Positions 18,671 to 27,936 of a DNA stretch of 38,126 bases are shown in pieces. Source of the DNA: Flavobacteriales bacterium (GTDB lineage Bacteria > Bacteroidota > Bacteroidia > CAIKAF01). The notes beneath the pieces are model-generated. The model saw nothing but the letters and a program-made list of their open reading frames with translations. It was not told where the DNA came from and did no database searches. The stretch spans positions 1-38,126 of the forward strand of contig JBEIQI010000003.1 of the NCBI GenBank assembly GCA_040376605.1. The letters run 5' to 3'. The position numbers and the translations under genes are program-made. Position 1 is the stretch's first letter; each line of letters starts with the position of its first letter.

Positions 18671-20293
18671 CTACAACTTCATATATTCTGTATACCAAAC
18701 CTCAAAATCCAACCATCTTTTACTAATAGGATCATTCTCGTTAGATAATATTTTACTCAAATTTCTTTTCTTATAAAACTTACGATCCCAAACCATTTTA
18801 TTATTCAAACAACGTTGATATGCTTTGGCGTGTACATTTGGTATTTGTAATTTAGGTTCAACCCCTGTATTTAAAACAGGCAAAATAGAGTCAGCTCTTT
18901 TTGTAAGCGGCGAATTAGAGCCGATTTCCAAAAATTCCTGAGGTGCATTTTTCATTATTTCGTTGTAAAACCTGTAATCCCATAAAAACTCAATAGGAAT
19001 CGACAACACTTGTTGAATTATGCGACTATCCCAAAATGGCGAATTCCCATGACTGACCAACTGGAAGGGTTGAAGCCAATGACCTCTTGTACCTCCGTAT
19101 ATGGTTGTAAAAAAGGGCTGTGTAAATTGACGCATACAAAACAAAAGTTCAGGTTCCAGGTTTTGCAAATAACTTTGCCAAGGGTCAATATTTACGGATT
19201 TTCTAAATCTACTTGAGAACAAAGACTTGTATCTGTCTTTAATTTCCTTTTCAACAAGATTGGGATGAATAGGGGCCGCTTTTAAGCCAAAGCCTCCAAA
19301 AAATTCTCCTCCATGCCACCCGCCATACACTTGATGAAACCTTAATATTCTCCAATTCGAAAAATAAGCAGTCCCAAATTCATTTTCATAGTATGAAATT
19401 TTTTCACTAACATGAGTAAGATTGAACTTCTTTGCAAGCAATTTAGCTCCCACCACATCTTGATCATCCTCTTCGGATAAATGAGATAAGTTACTTGTAT
19501 AAAAGCGAACTCCGGCTCTTTGTTCTTGAGTTAAGCTGGCAAGTATCAAACGGGAATCAGCTCCAGCTGATAAAAGAGTCATTTGAATTTTTTGGGAATT
19601 GAATATTTGTTGATTTACATTTTTAAATAAAATCCACGTTTCGCGTGCTAATTCCTCAATACTCAGATTACTTTTTTCTAGTACCGGTTTCCAATAAGAA
19701 ATATATAAGGTCTTTTGTGAATCTATTTGCACAGTGCAAGCAGGAGCAAGGTTTTGAATATTTTTTAAGAACGTTTTACCAGCTAAAGTGGTTCCCAGGG
19801 TAAAGTATTCGGCAACCCCAACCGCATCTATTAACTTCCCTTTTGGCATATGACTAAGTGGCTCATATTCATTGGAAAAAATGAAGTAGTCTTCATTCTC
19901 ATAAATAAATAAAGGAGACATGCCAAATTTATCATGTGCTAAACGTAAAACATGCTGATGTGAATCATAGTGTATCAAAGAAAATGCTCCATCACTTTGA
20001 GACAAAAAGGATTCAAAATTGGAAAGGTGTTTTTCAGAAATTTGAATAAGTTGATCTATTACCAATGATTCCTGAACGTCAGCATGCTGAATCCAGCCAG
20101 CAAGAAATGATGCGCTGTTCGGCCCTTCCATTAAGGAGGTCCTGAATTTTTCTACTACATATAATTGAAATCCCGGGTACTGAATTAGATGAATCTGTCG
20201 CGTACCATTCTGATGGAAATCATTTATAACCTCTTGCACAGCATGGTCTTCAACATTTCCTTTCTTACTGAATATGCCCAAATAAAATGCCAT
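18671..20293 (-). CDS. Asparagine synthetase B-like ATP-dependent amide ligase (no N-terminal Cys)
   Basis: DGAFS, HDKFGMSPLF, SAGADSR (PP-loop), GWHGGE, SPFWD, FEVWY. Start placed at ATG 20293 (MAFYLGIF). Confidence 0.8.
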   Translation of the reverse strand: MAFYLGIFSKKGNVEDHAVQEVINDFHQNGTRQIHLIQYPGFQLYVVEKFRTSLMEGPNSASFLAGWIQHADVQESLVIDQLIQISEKHLSNFESFLSQSDGAFSLIHYDSHQHVLRLAHDKFGMSPLFIYENEDYFIFSNEYEPLSHMPKGKLIDAVGVAEYFTLGTTLAGKTFLKNIQNLAPACTVQIDSQKTLYISYWKPVLEKSNLSIEELARETWILFKNVNQQIFNSQKIQMTLLSAGADSRLILASLTQEQRAGVRFYTSNLSHLSEEDDQDVVGAKLLAKKFNLTHVSEKISYYENEFGTAYFSNWRILRFHQVYGGWHGGEFFGGFGLKAAPIHPNLVEKEIKDRYKSLFSSRFRKSVNIDPWQSYLQNLEPELLFCMRQFTQPFFTTIYGGTRGHWLQPFQLVSHGNSPFWDSRIIQQVLSIPIEFLWDYRFYNEIMKNAPQEFLEIGSNSPLTKRADSILPVLNTGVEPKLQIPNVHAKAYQRCLNNKMVWDRKFYKKRNLSKILSNENDPISKRWLDFEVWYTEYMKL

Positions 20294-20345
20294 AATACAA
20301 TAGTAGCCAAATGAAGTATAAATTCCCAAATAACAGAACATTAAG

Positions 20346-20377
20346 TTTGATTCGTATCCAATAATTAAATAAATTTG
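20346..20377 (+). promoter_or_regulatory. Complete Bacteroidota sigma70 promoter (-33 TTTG, -7 TAAATTTG)
   Basis: TTTG at 20346-20349, 20-nt spacer, TAAATTTG at 20370-20377; the ATG at 20382 follows after 4 nt. Confidence 0.65.
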
Positions 20378-20381
20378 AAGT

Positions 20382-21248
20382 ATGCTATTTAAAGACCCGC
20401 AAAAACAGCAAGAATTAGAAAAGAATGGATATGTTGTTGTTCCTCTATTAAGCCGATCAGCCATTGAATCGCTTAATAAGTTTTACAACGAAATACATCC
20501 TGAAGGCTCTCCTCCTGATATTATAGATGGAATCCATATGAGCACTTGGTGCAAGAATTCAGCCTATAAAAATCAAGTTTCTGAATTTTTGAGTAACCTT
20601 TTTGCCGAACCAACTGAACAATACTTTACTAATTATAGAAGACTCAACAACGTTTTTATTGTTAAAAAAAGTGGTAAGGATACCACATTCAAGGTCCACC
20701 AGGATTGGAATGTAGTAGATGAGACCAAATTTGAAAGTGTAAATGTTTGGGTACCCCTGCATGATGTGGATGAAAACTCCGGAGCATTATGGGTATTAAA
20801 AGGAAGTCATAAAATCAATCGTAAAATTAGAGGTGCCGGTTATTTATTTCCCGATTATAGTCCGTTTTTTAATGAGTTAGAAAAAAAATCCATTTCGGTA
20901 AAGTTGAAGGCCGGAGAAGCCATCGTTTTTTACCACTCCATTATTCATGGATCACCCCCTAATTTGGCTGATACGGATAGAAAAGCGGCATGTTTTAGTG
21001 TAATACCACAAAATGCTCCTCTTTGCATTTATTTTCAACCTTCGGCTAATGATGATTTAGAACAATATGAGCCAACAGATGATTTTATTTATCAATATGA
21101 TTATTTGAGAACCGAATCCACCCAAAGGCCACCAGCCGAGACACCAGTAAAAACCCTACCGTCCTATATTAATGAGAAAGTGAGTTTAAAGGAGCTGACA
21201 GAATTTTTGAATAAGTCGAAAGGGATTTTTTCTTTTTTACATAAATAG
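20382..21248 (+). CDS. PhyH-family Fe(II)/2-oxoglutarate dioxygenase
   Basis: HQDWNVVDE, WVPLHD, IHGSPPN...RKA; tail KGIFSFLHK. Confidence 0.88.
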   Translation: MLFKDPQKQQELEKNGYVVVPLLSRSAIESLNKFYNEIHPEGSPPDIIDGIHMSTWCKNSAYKNQVSEFLSNLFAEPTEQYFTNYRRLNNVFIVKKSGKDTTFKVHQDWNVVDETKFESVNVWVPLHDVDENSGALWVLKGSHKINRKIRGAGYLFPDYSPFFNELEKKSISVKLKAGEAIVFYHSIIHGSPPNLADTDRKAACFSVIPQNAPLCIYFQPSANDDLEQYEPTDDFIYQYDYLRTESTQRPPAETPVKTLPSYINEKVSLKELTEFLNKSKGIFSFLHK

Positions 21249-21300
21249 ATATCATACATTTTTGATATCATTTATAAGCCGGCACAATAATTACAGATTA

Positions 21301-21955
21301 CTAGGACCAATAATAAAACCTCTTTTTATCTAAAGAGATTCCCATAAATCCACCAAATGAAATTCTTGGATTTTTTCGCATAACCGTTTCAATTTTATGC
21401 CAAATATTACCTCCTTGAAAAATTATAATGTCACCCTTTCTCGGCCTAATTTTATCCTTAATAATATTGGGGTTGTCATTAACATACATTTTAGATCCGT
21501 CCGGCAGTATGATTTCATTACCTTCTGAAGGATTTACCATTTAAGTCCACTCCAAATTCCTGTTCAAATGTATCATGAAAGATTAAGTTGCTTTCAAAAT
21601 AAGCTTTAATCAGGGGGCAGCCCTCTGTTCACCAGAGTTTTCTTTAATTCCCCTCGAAAATTCTGCTAAAACAGCCGAATAAGTGAGACCTACAGATGTA
21701 TGGGCTGGATTGTAATTAATTACCTTGCTAATATTGGACATGATTGCATCGACCTCTGCTTCTGTTAAAACTGTTTCACCAAATAACCATCAGATACATT
21801 GGTTTACCAATTATATAATTCGTCCTTTTTTCCCACCAATTCCTTTAGCAATAGCTTTAAAATTATATGGTTCAGTTGTAAATTCTTGTCGATATTCATT
21901 ATCCTTAGGTATTTGGTTAAATCCAAATATTCCTTTTAATATTTTACTTAACTTT
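21301..21955 (-). pseudogene. Decayed 2OG-Fe(II) oxygenase gene
   Basis: Minus-strand fragments in shifting frames: KLSKILKGIFGF..., DGYLVKQF / LTEAEVDAIMSNI, AYFESNLIFHDTFEQEFGVDL, then an intact C-terminus GDIIIFQGGNIWHKIETV...PRISFGGF; internal stops and frameshifts; upstream boundary approximate. Confidence 0.65.
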
Positions 21956-21979
21956 TATAATATTAAATAAATCTACCGA

Positions 21980-23191
21980 TTAATTTTTTAATCTTTTGAT
22001 TTCCCATTCCAATCTCGGTGAGACAACAGTACTCATTTGATTAAAATAACCTTCATTACCAGTTTCTTGGGAAGAAGGGAGAATTTTAAAAGAAGTCATA
22101 TTATCCATTTGATCAACCAGTTCAAAAGACTTACTTATAATAAGTGAAAGATGATAAATACCTCTGGGAAGAAAATTGGCAGGGATCACACAACCCACCA
22201 AATACCTACCGGGCTGCGTGATTTTATCAAAGTCATAATTACTTCGTAGTGCAAATGAATCAAGAAAAATCCTAATACCATCCAAATTTGAAAGATAGAT
22301 TGCCAGCTCTAACGTACCGACTTCGGAAATTTTTTCAAAATCGAAAACTATTTCTATGGCTTCATCAACAAATAAAGGCCAAGAAGACTTTTCTCCAAGT
22401 GAAGAAATAGTTACTCCTTTCAAAAAAATAAAATCCAGAATGTTGCGATCAATTATTACCCTATCCTGCATTAAGTGTTCCCCTGCCAAATTTGATCCCC
22501 TTTGAGAAAATCCTTCGATATATTGTTCTATAACTACTATTGGTGGTCCTTCCATTCGTAGCAATCCATTATCAATCCAAATTGCCTTTGTGCAAAGCTC
22601 CAAAACCTGCGACATATTATGACTTACTAATACAATAGTTAATCCACTATTGGCCATAAATCGAAGCCTTGACATACATTTTTCCTTAAATTCATTATCC
22701 CCAACAGCAACTACCTCGTCTAATAAAAGGATTTGTGTATTGATGTGAACAGCAATCGAAAATGCCAATCTCAAATACATTCCGTTTGAGTAATTTCTTA
22801 CCGGCTCATGAATAAAACTTTCTATACCGCTAAAATGAATAATATCATTTATTTTTTCGTTCACCTCAATTTTAGACATTCCAAAAAGCGAGGCATTTAA
22901 AAAAATATTATCATACCCCGAAAGATCGGGATGAAATCCAGTTCCAATATCTAAAATCGAAACAACCACCCCATCAAACTTAACAGAACCTGAGCTTGGA
23001 GCGATTACATCACTTAAAATTTTTAACAAGGTACTTTTGCCGGCTCCATTTTTACCAACAATACCCAATATCTCACCACGCCTTAACTCAAAAGAAACAT
23101 CCTTTAAAGCCCAAAATGGTTCTTTTGAACCATTTAAAGAATATTTCTTTGAAATATTCTTTACTACTAATACCGGGTTTTGGTTGTCCAT
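21980..23191 (-). CDS. wzt: Polysaccharide ABC exporter ATP-binding subunit with a C-terminal carbohydrate-binding-type domain
   Basis: FWALKDVSF, Walker A GKNGAGKST, YSNGM, LLLDEVVAVGD, VSH; ~170 aa C-terminal extension. Confidence 0.92.
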   Translation of the reverse strand: MDNQNPVLVVKNISKKYSLNGSKEPFWALKDVSFELRRGEILGIVGKNGAGKSTLLKILSDVIAPSSGSVKFDGVVVSILDIGTGFHPDLSGYDNIFLNASLFGMSKIEVNEKINDIIHFSGIESFIHEPVRNYSNGMYLRLAFSIAVHINTQILLLDEVVAVGDNEFKEKCMSRLRFMANSGLTIVLVSHNMSQVLELCTKAIWIDNGLLRMEGPPIVVIEQYIEGFSQRGSNLAGEHLMQDRVIIDRNILDFIFLKGVTISSLGEKSSWPLFVDEAIEIVFDFEKISEVGTLELAIYLSNLDGIRIFLDSFALRSNYDFDKITQPGRYLVGCVIPANFLPRGIYHLSLIISKSFELVDQMDNMTSFKILPSSQETGNEGYFNQMSTVVSPRLEWEIKRLKN

Positions 23192-23198
23192 TCTCTAC

Positions 23199-24158
23199 TT
23201 ATAAATCACTTTCTTTCCATTTCTCCACCTGCATTAAATATAAATTCTGTAAGAAATATCTACTGTTCCCCGAAAAGATATCCATTGCTGGTTTAATAAG
23301 TTTCAATTCAAAAAAGTCAACCGGAAAAACATAATCTCTTAGATTCTCAATTTTATTAATGCCGGTTAACTCCTGAAATTCGTTCGATATTGTTAGGTTT
23401 TCAAATTCCTCCAAAGGAATATCAATCGTTTTTAAGGATGATAAAATATACCCTTTTTTCCGAACATGGTCGAGAATTGTATTCAAATCAGCAACATTGT
23501 ACCTGTACGCATTATTGATATTGTTGATCTCCACTTCAATGCCCTTTTCCATTCCCTTGTGCAATGCCTTCTTCCTAAACAAGTCCTTAATATAAATTAC
23601 GCCTCCTGGTTTTAAAACGTTCCAGGTGGAATCCAATACCTGAATATGGTTGGTTGCGTGCCCAAAAGATTCTAAAAAATAGATGGCATCAAAATGATTT
23701 TCAGGAAAATACTTTTCCAGGGTATGAAAATCTCCCTCTTGTACATTAATTAACATTGAGGCATTACTATCTTTGATATTATCCTTCGCCTTCTGCACCT
23801 GCACAGATGAAATGGTAAGTGCTTCTACTTGAACACCCACCTTTTCGGCAAAGTGAATTGCAGGCCCACAAACACCACAACCCGCATCCAACACAACCAT
23901 ACCCTTATCCAAACCAATAGCCTGTATTTGGTAATCGAGCAGAACAGAAACATCCGTTGTTCGAAATGCCTGAATTACCTTACCATAAACCTTTAAGAAA
24001 TTATCGGTTTGTTCATTATAAAATCTACCCACATCGCTTTGGTAGGATTTTACTGTATTGGATTTCGAAGATTCTTTTTTTAGCTTATAATAATACGCGA
24101 TTATGCTAAACAATAGCAATAGATTAACCGTAATTGACAATATTAAAAAAGCCCTCAT
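23199..24158 (-). CDS. Membrane-anchored class I SAM-dependent methyltransferase
   Basis: N-terminal TM helix; VLDAGCG, EGDFH, FDAIYFLESFGH, LKPGG (sterol/tocopherol/CFA methyltransferase-like pattern). Confidence 0.85.
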   Translation of the reverse strand: MRAFLILSITVNLLLLFSIIAYYYKLKKESSKSNTVKSYQSDVGRFYNEQTDNFLKVYGKVIQAFRTTDVSVLLDYQIQAIGLDKGMVVLDAGCGVCGPAIHFAEKVGVQVEALTISSVQVQKAKDNIKDSNASMLINVQEGDFHTLEKYFPENHFDAIYFLESFGHATNHIQVLDSTWNVLKPGGVIYIKDLFRKKALHKGMEKGIEVEINNINNAYRYNVADLNTILDHVRKKGYILSSLKTIDIPLEEFENLTISNEFQELTGINKIENLRDYVFPVDFFELKLIKPAMDIFSGNSRYFLQNLYLMQVEKWKESDL

Positions 24159-24218
24159 TTTTTATTTTCTATCAAATTCAATGGAGATATTTTTAAAAAA
24201 CATACTAAATAATCATTT

Positions 24219-24776
24219 TTATTTCTCTGTTAAGTTATAATTAATTTTGCAACCTATAGGTTCCGTTTCTTTAATATCTGGCCTCCTATTATTCAAAACT
24301 GCTATTATCGCATTTTCCAAATACTTTTCTGTTACAACATTCCTGTGCTTGCCTAAAGAATAATAATAATTATCAAACGCACCACTATAGACAACATTTT
24401 TAGCAGAATCTGTCAAAATGAATTGCGGTGTAGCTTTGACACTAAAATTCCTTGCCATCATCAAATCGGTATCATATATTACAGGAAGGTCAAAGTCATA
24501 ATCTTCCAGAGTTTTTTTTAAATACAATGTATCCGGAAAAGGATCAGAATAAACTGCTGTAACCGTTAATCCTTTAACTGCATATTCTTTACTCAATTCG
24601 CTGACCTTTTGAAAACTTGCTTTACAAGCGGGGCAATCAGGGATGAAAAAAAAATAACAACTCATCGCCTGAGCTTTCAAAGTATCTATGCTCCCACCTT
24701 TTGATACTTCCTTTGTCCTGTTACAAGAACTGAAAGAAATATTCAAAATTATTAATACCAAAATCCAGATTCTCAT
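24219..24776 (-). CDS. Redoxin (AhpC/TSA, thioredoxin-fold) lipoprotein
   Basis: Lipobox-like ISFSSC, CPAC, ATPQ, YSGAFDN, PIGC. Confidence 0.82.
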   Translation of the reverse strand: MRIWILVLIILNISFSSCNRTKEVSKGGSIDTLKAQAMSCYFFFIPDCPACKASFQKVSELSKEYAVKGLTVTAVYSDPFPDTLYLKKTLEDYDFDLPVIYDTDLMMARNFSVKATPQFILTDSAKNVVYSGAFDNYYYSLGKHRNVVTEKYLENAIIAVLNNRRPDIKETEPIGCKINYNLTEK

Positions 24777-24782
24777 GATGTA

Positions 24783-26201
24783 TTATTTCCGCAAAATTTC
24801 TGTAGGCTCAACCTGTTCATCACCCTTCCTATAAGCCGTAAACATTAAACTTAGCACCATCATTTCCTGATTGGAATAAGTGTCGTATTTTACATCTTGA
24901 ACCGGATTATTGGGTTGTACTGGATTATTTGCCGTATTATCGTAAACAGCGTTCATATAAATTGTAGACCCCCCAGGAATTACCGTTAATTTCCTTAACA
25001 GATAACTCCCCTGCCATAAATAATCCCAATCATTTATCTTTAGAATATTAATTTTTTTCAATTCCTTAGTGATCGCAAAAATTTCTATTTTTTTGGCCAA
25101 AAAATGCAAATGAGGAACACATCCAATCAATGAAATTGTAGAATCCGTATAAAAAGAAATTGTTTCCACCTTGATGGTATTTGCTGGAAAAAAAATCTCC
25201 AGATTGTTTAAAATTTCCCATTTAATTTCACGTTCTGGCCTTTTACTAAAAAAAACCTGCAAGCTTGTACGTTCTCTTTGCCCTTTGTTGCCTTCATCTC
25301 CGTAATGTGTTTGCAACAGCAGCTTAGATCCCTTTGGATAACGAAAGGCAAAGCCTTTGGTTAGTTGAGTTGGTACCATTCCTCTTGACCATGGTTCAAT
25401 AGGTATTAACTTATTAACTATTTCATCTTTCATACAATTCCAACACCCAGGTAATGAATTCAAAATCCCAAGTGTATCCATATATACCATTATATGATGA
25501 ATTGTACTTGGGTTCGATGAGTGAAATCTTATGGAATTAACAAATGTGTCAATCGGCAAATCAAGATCAACTACAAAACATTGGTAAGAGTCATCGTTTG
25601 AGTTTATAGTGTGCTCTTCAGTATAATAAGTTCGGCTGCCTCTTAAATTTTTTGTGGGCAAGAATTGTTGAATCCTGCTATCCTTCGAAAATTTGGGTGG
25701 CAAGGCACCCTGATCAATCCATTTCACAATAACCCATCTTAATGAATCATTAATCCTTGGAGCATTCATTAGTTCCGAATATGTGTCATCCGCCATCCAA
25801 GGTGGCATAACTCTCTCCATAAGAACATCTTTAATAACCGCAGATCTCTTAAGTATAGCCTCATAAGAATTTAAAACAAAAGGACCATTCCCATTTTCAC
25901 TATGACATGGTGTGCAATTATCAACGAATAGTGGGAAAACGTCAGAAAAATCCACAGGGCCATTTTCCCAGTTAGTATCAATTAATTTTCCTCGAGGATC
26001 AGCTAATCCATGATAATATTCCAATAATAATGCATTCTTGGCACTATCATTGTTAAATGTTGAAAAATCCCGAGTATTCTGTATATCCACATCTTTCTTA
26101 GATCCCAAATTACATGAGTACATTGCATAAAACACAATAAGCAAAGCGTAAAATCTAAAATAGATCCTAGTTATTTGAATCCTAGTACTTTCTTGAACCA
26201 T
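24783..26201 (-). CDS. Heme-c + copper type II monooxygenase (PHM/DBH-like) protein, probable lipoprotein
   Basis: CTPCH heme-binding motif, MPPW, HH (TIHHIM), QTHY, PHLH, WDYLWQ, YDNT..NP, EMM; start uncertain. Confidence 0.78.
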   Translation of the reverse strand: MVQESTRIQITRIYFRFYALLIVFYAMYSCNLGSKKDVDIQNTRDFSTFNNDSAKNALLLEYYHGLADPRGKLIDTNWENGPVDFSDVFPLFVDNCTPCHSENGNGPFVLNSYEAILKRSAVIKDVLMERVMPPWMADDTYSELMNAPRINDSLRWVIVKWIDQGALPPKFSKDSRIQQFLPTKNLRGSRTYYTEEHTINSNDDSYQCFVVDLDLPIDTFVNSIRFHSSNPSTIHHIMVYMDTLGILNSLPGCWNCMKDEIVNKLIPIEPWSRGMVPTQLTKGFAFRYPKGSKLLLQTHYGDEGNKGQRERTSLQVFFSKRPEREIKWEILNNLEIFFPANTIKVETISFYTDSTISLIGCVPHLHFLAKKIEIFAITKELKKINILKINDWDYLWQGSYLLRKLTVIPGGSTIYMNAVYDNTANNPVQPNNPVQDVKYDTYSNQEMMVLSLMFTAYRKGDEQVEPTEILRK

Positions 26202-27046
26202 TGTATTTTATTAGGTTGGCCATTTGTCAAAAATATAGAATTATACTGTTGGATGGTCAGATACTCTAATCTATCTTCCACCTTCGCAATCATTTCAAGT
26301 CCCTCCGGACCATTATTTGGATCCTTATCTAAAAAGAAATCTTCAGTTACCTTATAGGAGTTGATCTCCCCATCTTGACCATAATAAAGTTGCATGTTTT
26401 GGTTTTGGGGTATTATTCCACAAACAATTCCCAATCTCATTTTGTTGGTGTTGTTATTGGGAGATGCATGCACAAGGGCATGATCATACAAAAGGGCTTC
26501 GCCGGCCTTCATTGGCAAAGCTTCCAGGCTAGTCCAAACATGGGGTTCAATGTTTTTAAATAATGATGGAATTCCAGGACCACGATGGGTAAATATTTTA
26601 TTGTGACTTCCTGGTAAAACATAAACGGCACCATTCTCTACGGTTACATCAATCAATGGTATCCATAGATTGTAAGAACGGGTTATTCTTTCATCTACAA
26701 TATTCCAATCTTGATGTGGAGGCAGAAGTCCTTTGCCATTAGAGGGTTTTACAACAAAGGCACCACCTAGTAAATCATATCCACAAAAAAATTGTTCCAT
26801 TCTTTCGGCAACAGTTTTTTTAATGAAATTACTGGTCTCCCTCCTAAATGAATGATCAGGGGAATGAGTAGAAGAATAAAAATGATTGGGTTCCTCTTTT
26901 TGAACGTTCGTATAATAGGAGATGAGTTTTTCAAGATCATCCTTATTCAAAAATGGAAAAATAGTATAACCTCTCACGGCCAATTCTTCCGCAGCATTAA
27001 CATCTTTCGATATTTTACTTGCTTCAAATACTATCCTCTGATCCAT
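26171..27046 (-). CDS. PhyH-family Fe(II)/2-oxoglutarate dioxygenase
   Basis: HQDWNIVDE, WIPLID, VHASPNN...RLG; tail WFKKVLGFK. Confidence 0.88.
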   Translation of the reverse strand: MDQRIVFEASKISKDVNAAEELAVRGYTIFPFLNKDDLEKLISYYTNVQKEEPNHFYSSTHSPDHSFRRETSNFIKKTVAERMEQFFCGYDLLGGAFVVKPSNGKGLLPPHQDWNIVDERITRSYNLWIPLIDVTVENGAVYVLPGSHNKIFTHRGPGIPSLFKNIEPHVWTSLEALPMKAGEALLYDHALVHASPNNNTNKMRLGIVCGIIPQNQNMQLYYGQDGEINSYKVTEDFFLDKDPNNGPEGLEMIAKVEDRLEYLTIQQYNSIFLTNGQPNKIQWFKKVLGFK

Positions 27047-27936
27047 CCCATTATTTTTTTAGTGAGGCCTTGTTTAGGTATCAATTCCACGGATTTTGAT
27101 TCAACGCCGCTTTTAATTAACTCTTCGTTAGAAATACGAGGTAATTGAAATGGAACCACTCCCAAACTTCTTCCGATGGTAGGTCGTTGAAAAATAGATT
27201 GATGAAAATTCTCAAATTTGATTAAAAAATCGTCTTCTTGAGCAAACAACTCTATTTTATCGGGAGCTTCCTTGTCCCAATAATGGAATACCATAGGTGC
27301 CTCTTTTGATTTAATACCGGTGGTAATGGCGATTCGCATTTCATCGGTTCTATTTGGTTTAGAATAATGAATAATGGCCTGATTCAAAACAATGGCTTCA
27401 CCTGCTTTTGCAACAATCGGCATCAGCAATTTTTTTAATGACTCCTGATGTCCTTCATAATAAAAGGGTAAGGTGGGAGCTCTTAGAGATTGATGCCATG
27501 CATGACTTCCTTTTATCACTTCAATGGTTCCATTCATCTCATCAGTGTCTTGTAAAGGAGTCCAGATATTTACAGCCACATACTTTTTTTCATCTACGAT
27601 GGTCCAATCCTGATGCATGGGCATCTCGCTTCTAGGCCCGTTTCCTTTAGAAAGAAATGCAGATCCAAACCAAGTATAATGATTAAATATTTTTTCCAAA
27701 TTAGGTACAATGACTTGTCCAATTGCATCACTCATCCTCTTTTTAGCTGGAAAGTCATTTTCATAACTGGAAGAATAGAAATCCTGTGAAGGATTCGGAT
27801 AAAATTGTGCAAATAATGACCTAAGAGAATTAATATCCTCCTCCGAAATCAATGAAATCTTCACAAAACCATCTTCATCAAAACGTTTTTGTAAGAGTGG
27901 ATCATTAAAAATTGGAAGTATTTTTTCTACTATCAT
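27031..27936 (-). CDS. PhyH-family Fe(II)/2-oxoglutarate dioxygenase
   Basis: HQDWTIVDE, WTPLQD, IHYSKPN...RIA; tail GLTKKIMGWIRG. Confidence 0.88.
   Translation of the reverse strand: MIVEKILPIFNDPLLQKRFDEDGFVKISLISEEDINSLRSLFAQFYPNPSQDFYSSSYENDFPAKKRMSDAIGQVIVPNLEKIFNHYTWFGSAFLSKGNGPRSEMPMHQDWTIVDEKKYVAVNIWTPLQDTDEMNGTIEVIKGSHAWHQSLRAPTLPFYYEGHQESLKKLLMPIVAKAGEAIVLNQAIIHYSKPNRTDEMRIAITTGIKSKEAPMVFHYWDKEAPDKIELFAQEDDFLIKFENFHQSIFQRPTIGRSLGVVPFQLPRISNEELIKSGVESKSVELIPKQGLTKKIMGWIRG

Noticed and set aside
18671-20293. Lasso peptide cyclase interpretation of the Cys-less AsnB
   Set aside because: No PqqD/RRE, B2 protease or precursor peptide seen nearby; the context is glycan biosynthesis
20294-20464. 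N-terminal extension of the AsnB-like ORF in the track
   Set aside because: Overlaps the divergent PhyH gene and its promoter; ATG 20293 fits better
21725-21970. 81-aa plus-strand ORF
   Set aside because: Antisense shadow of the decayed oxygenase; no motifs
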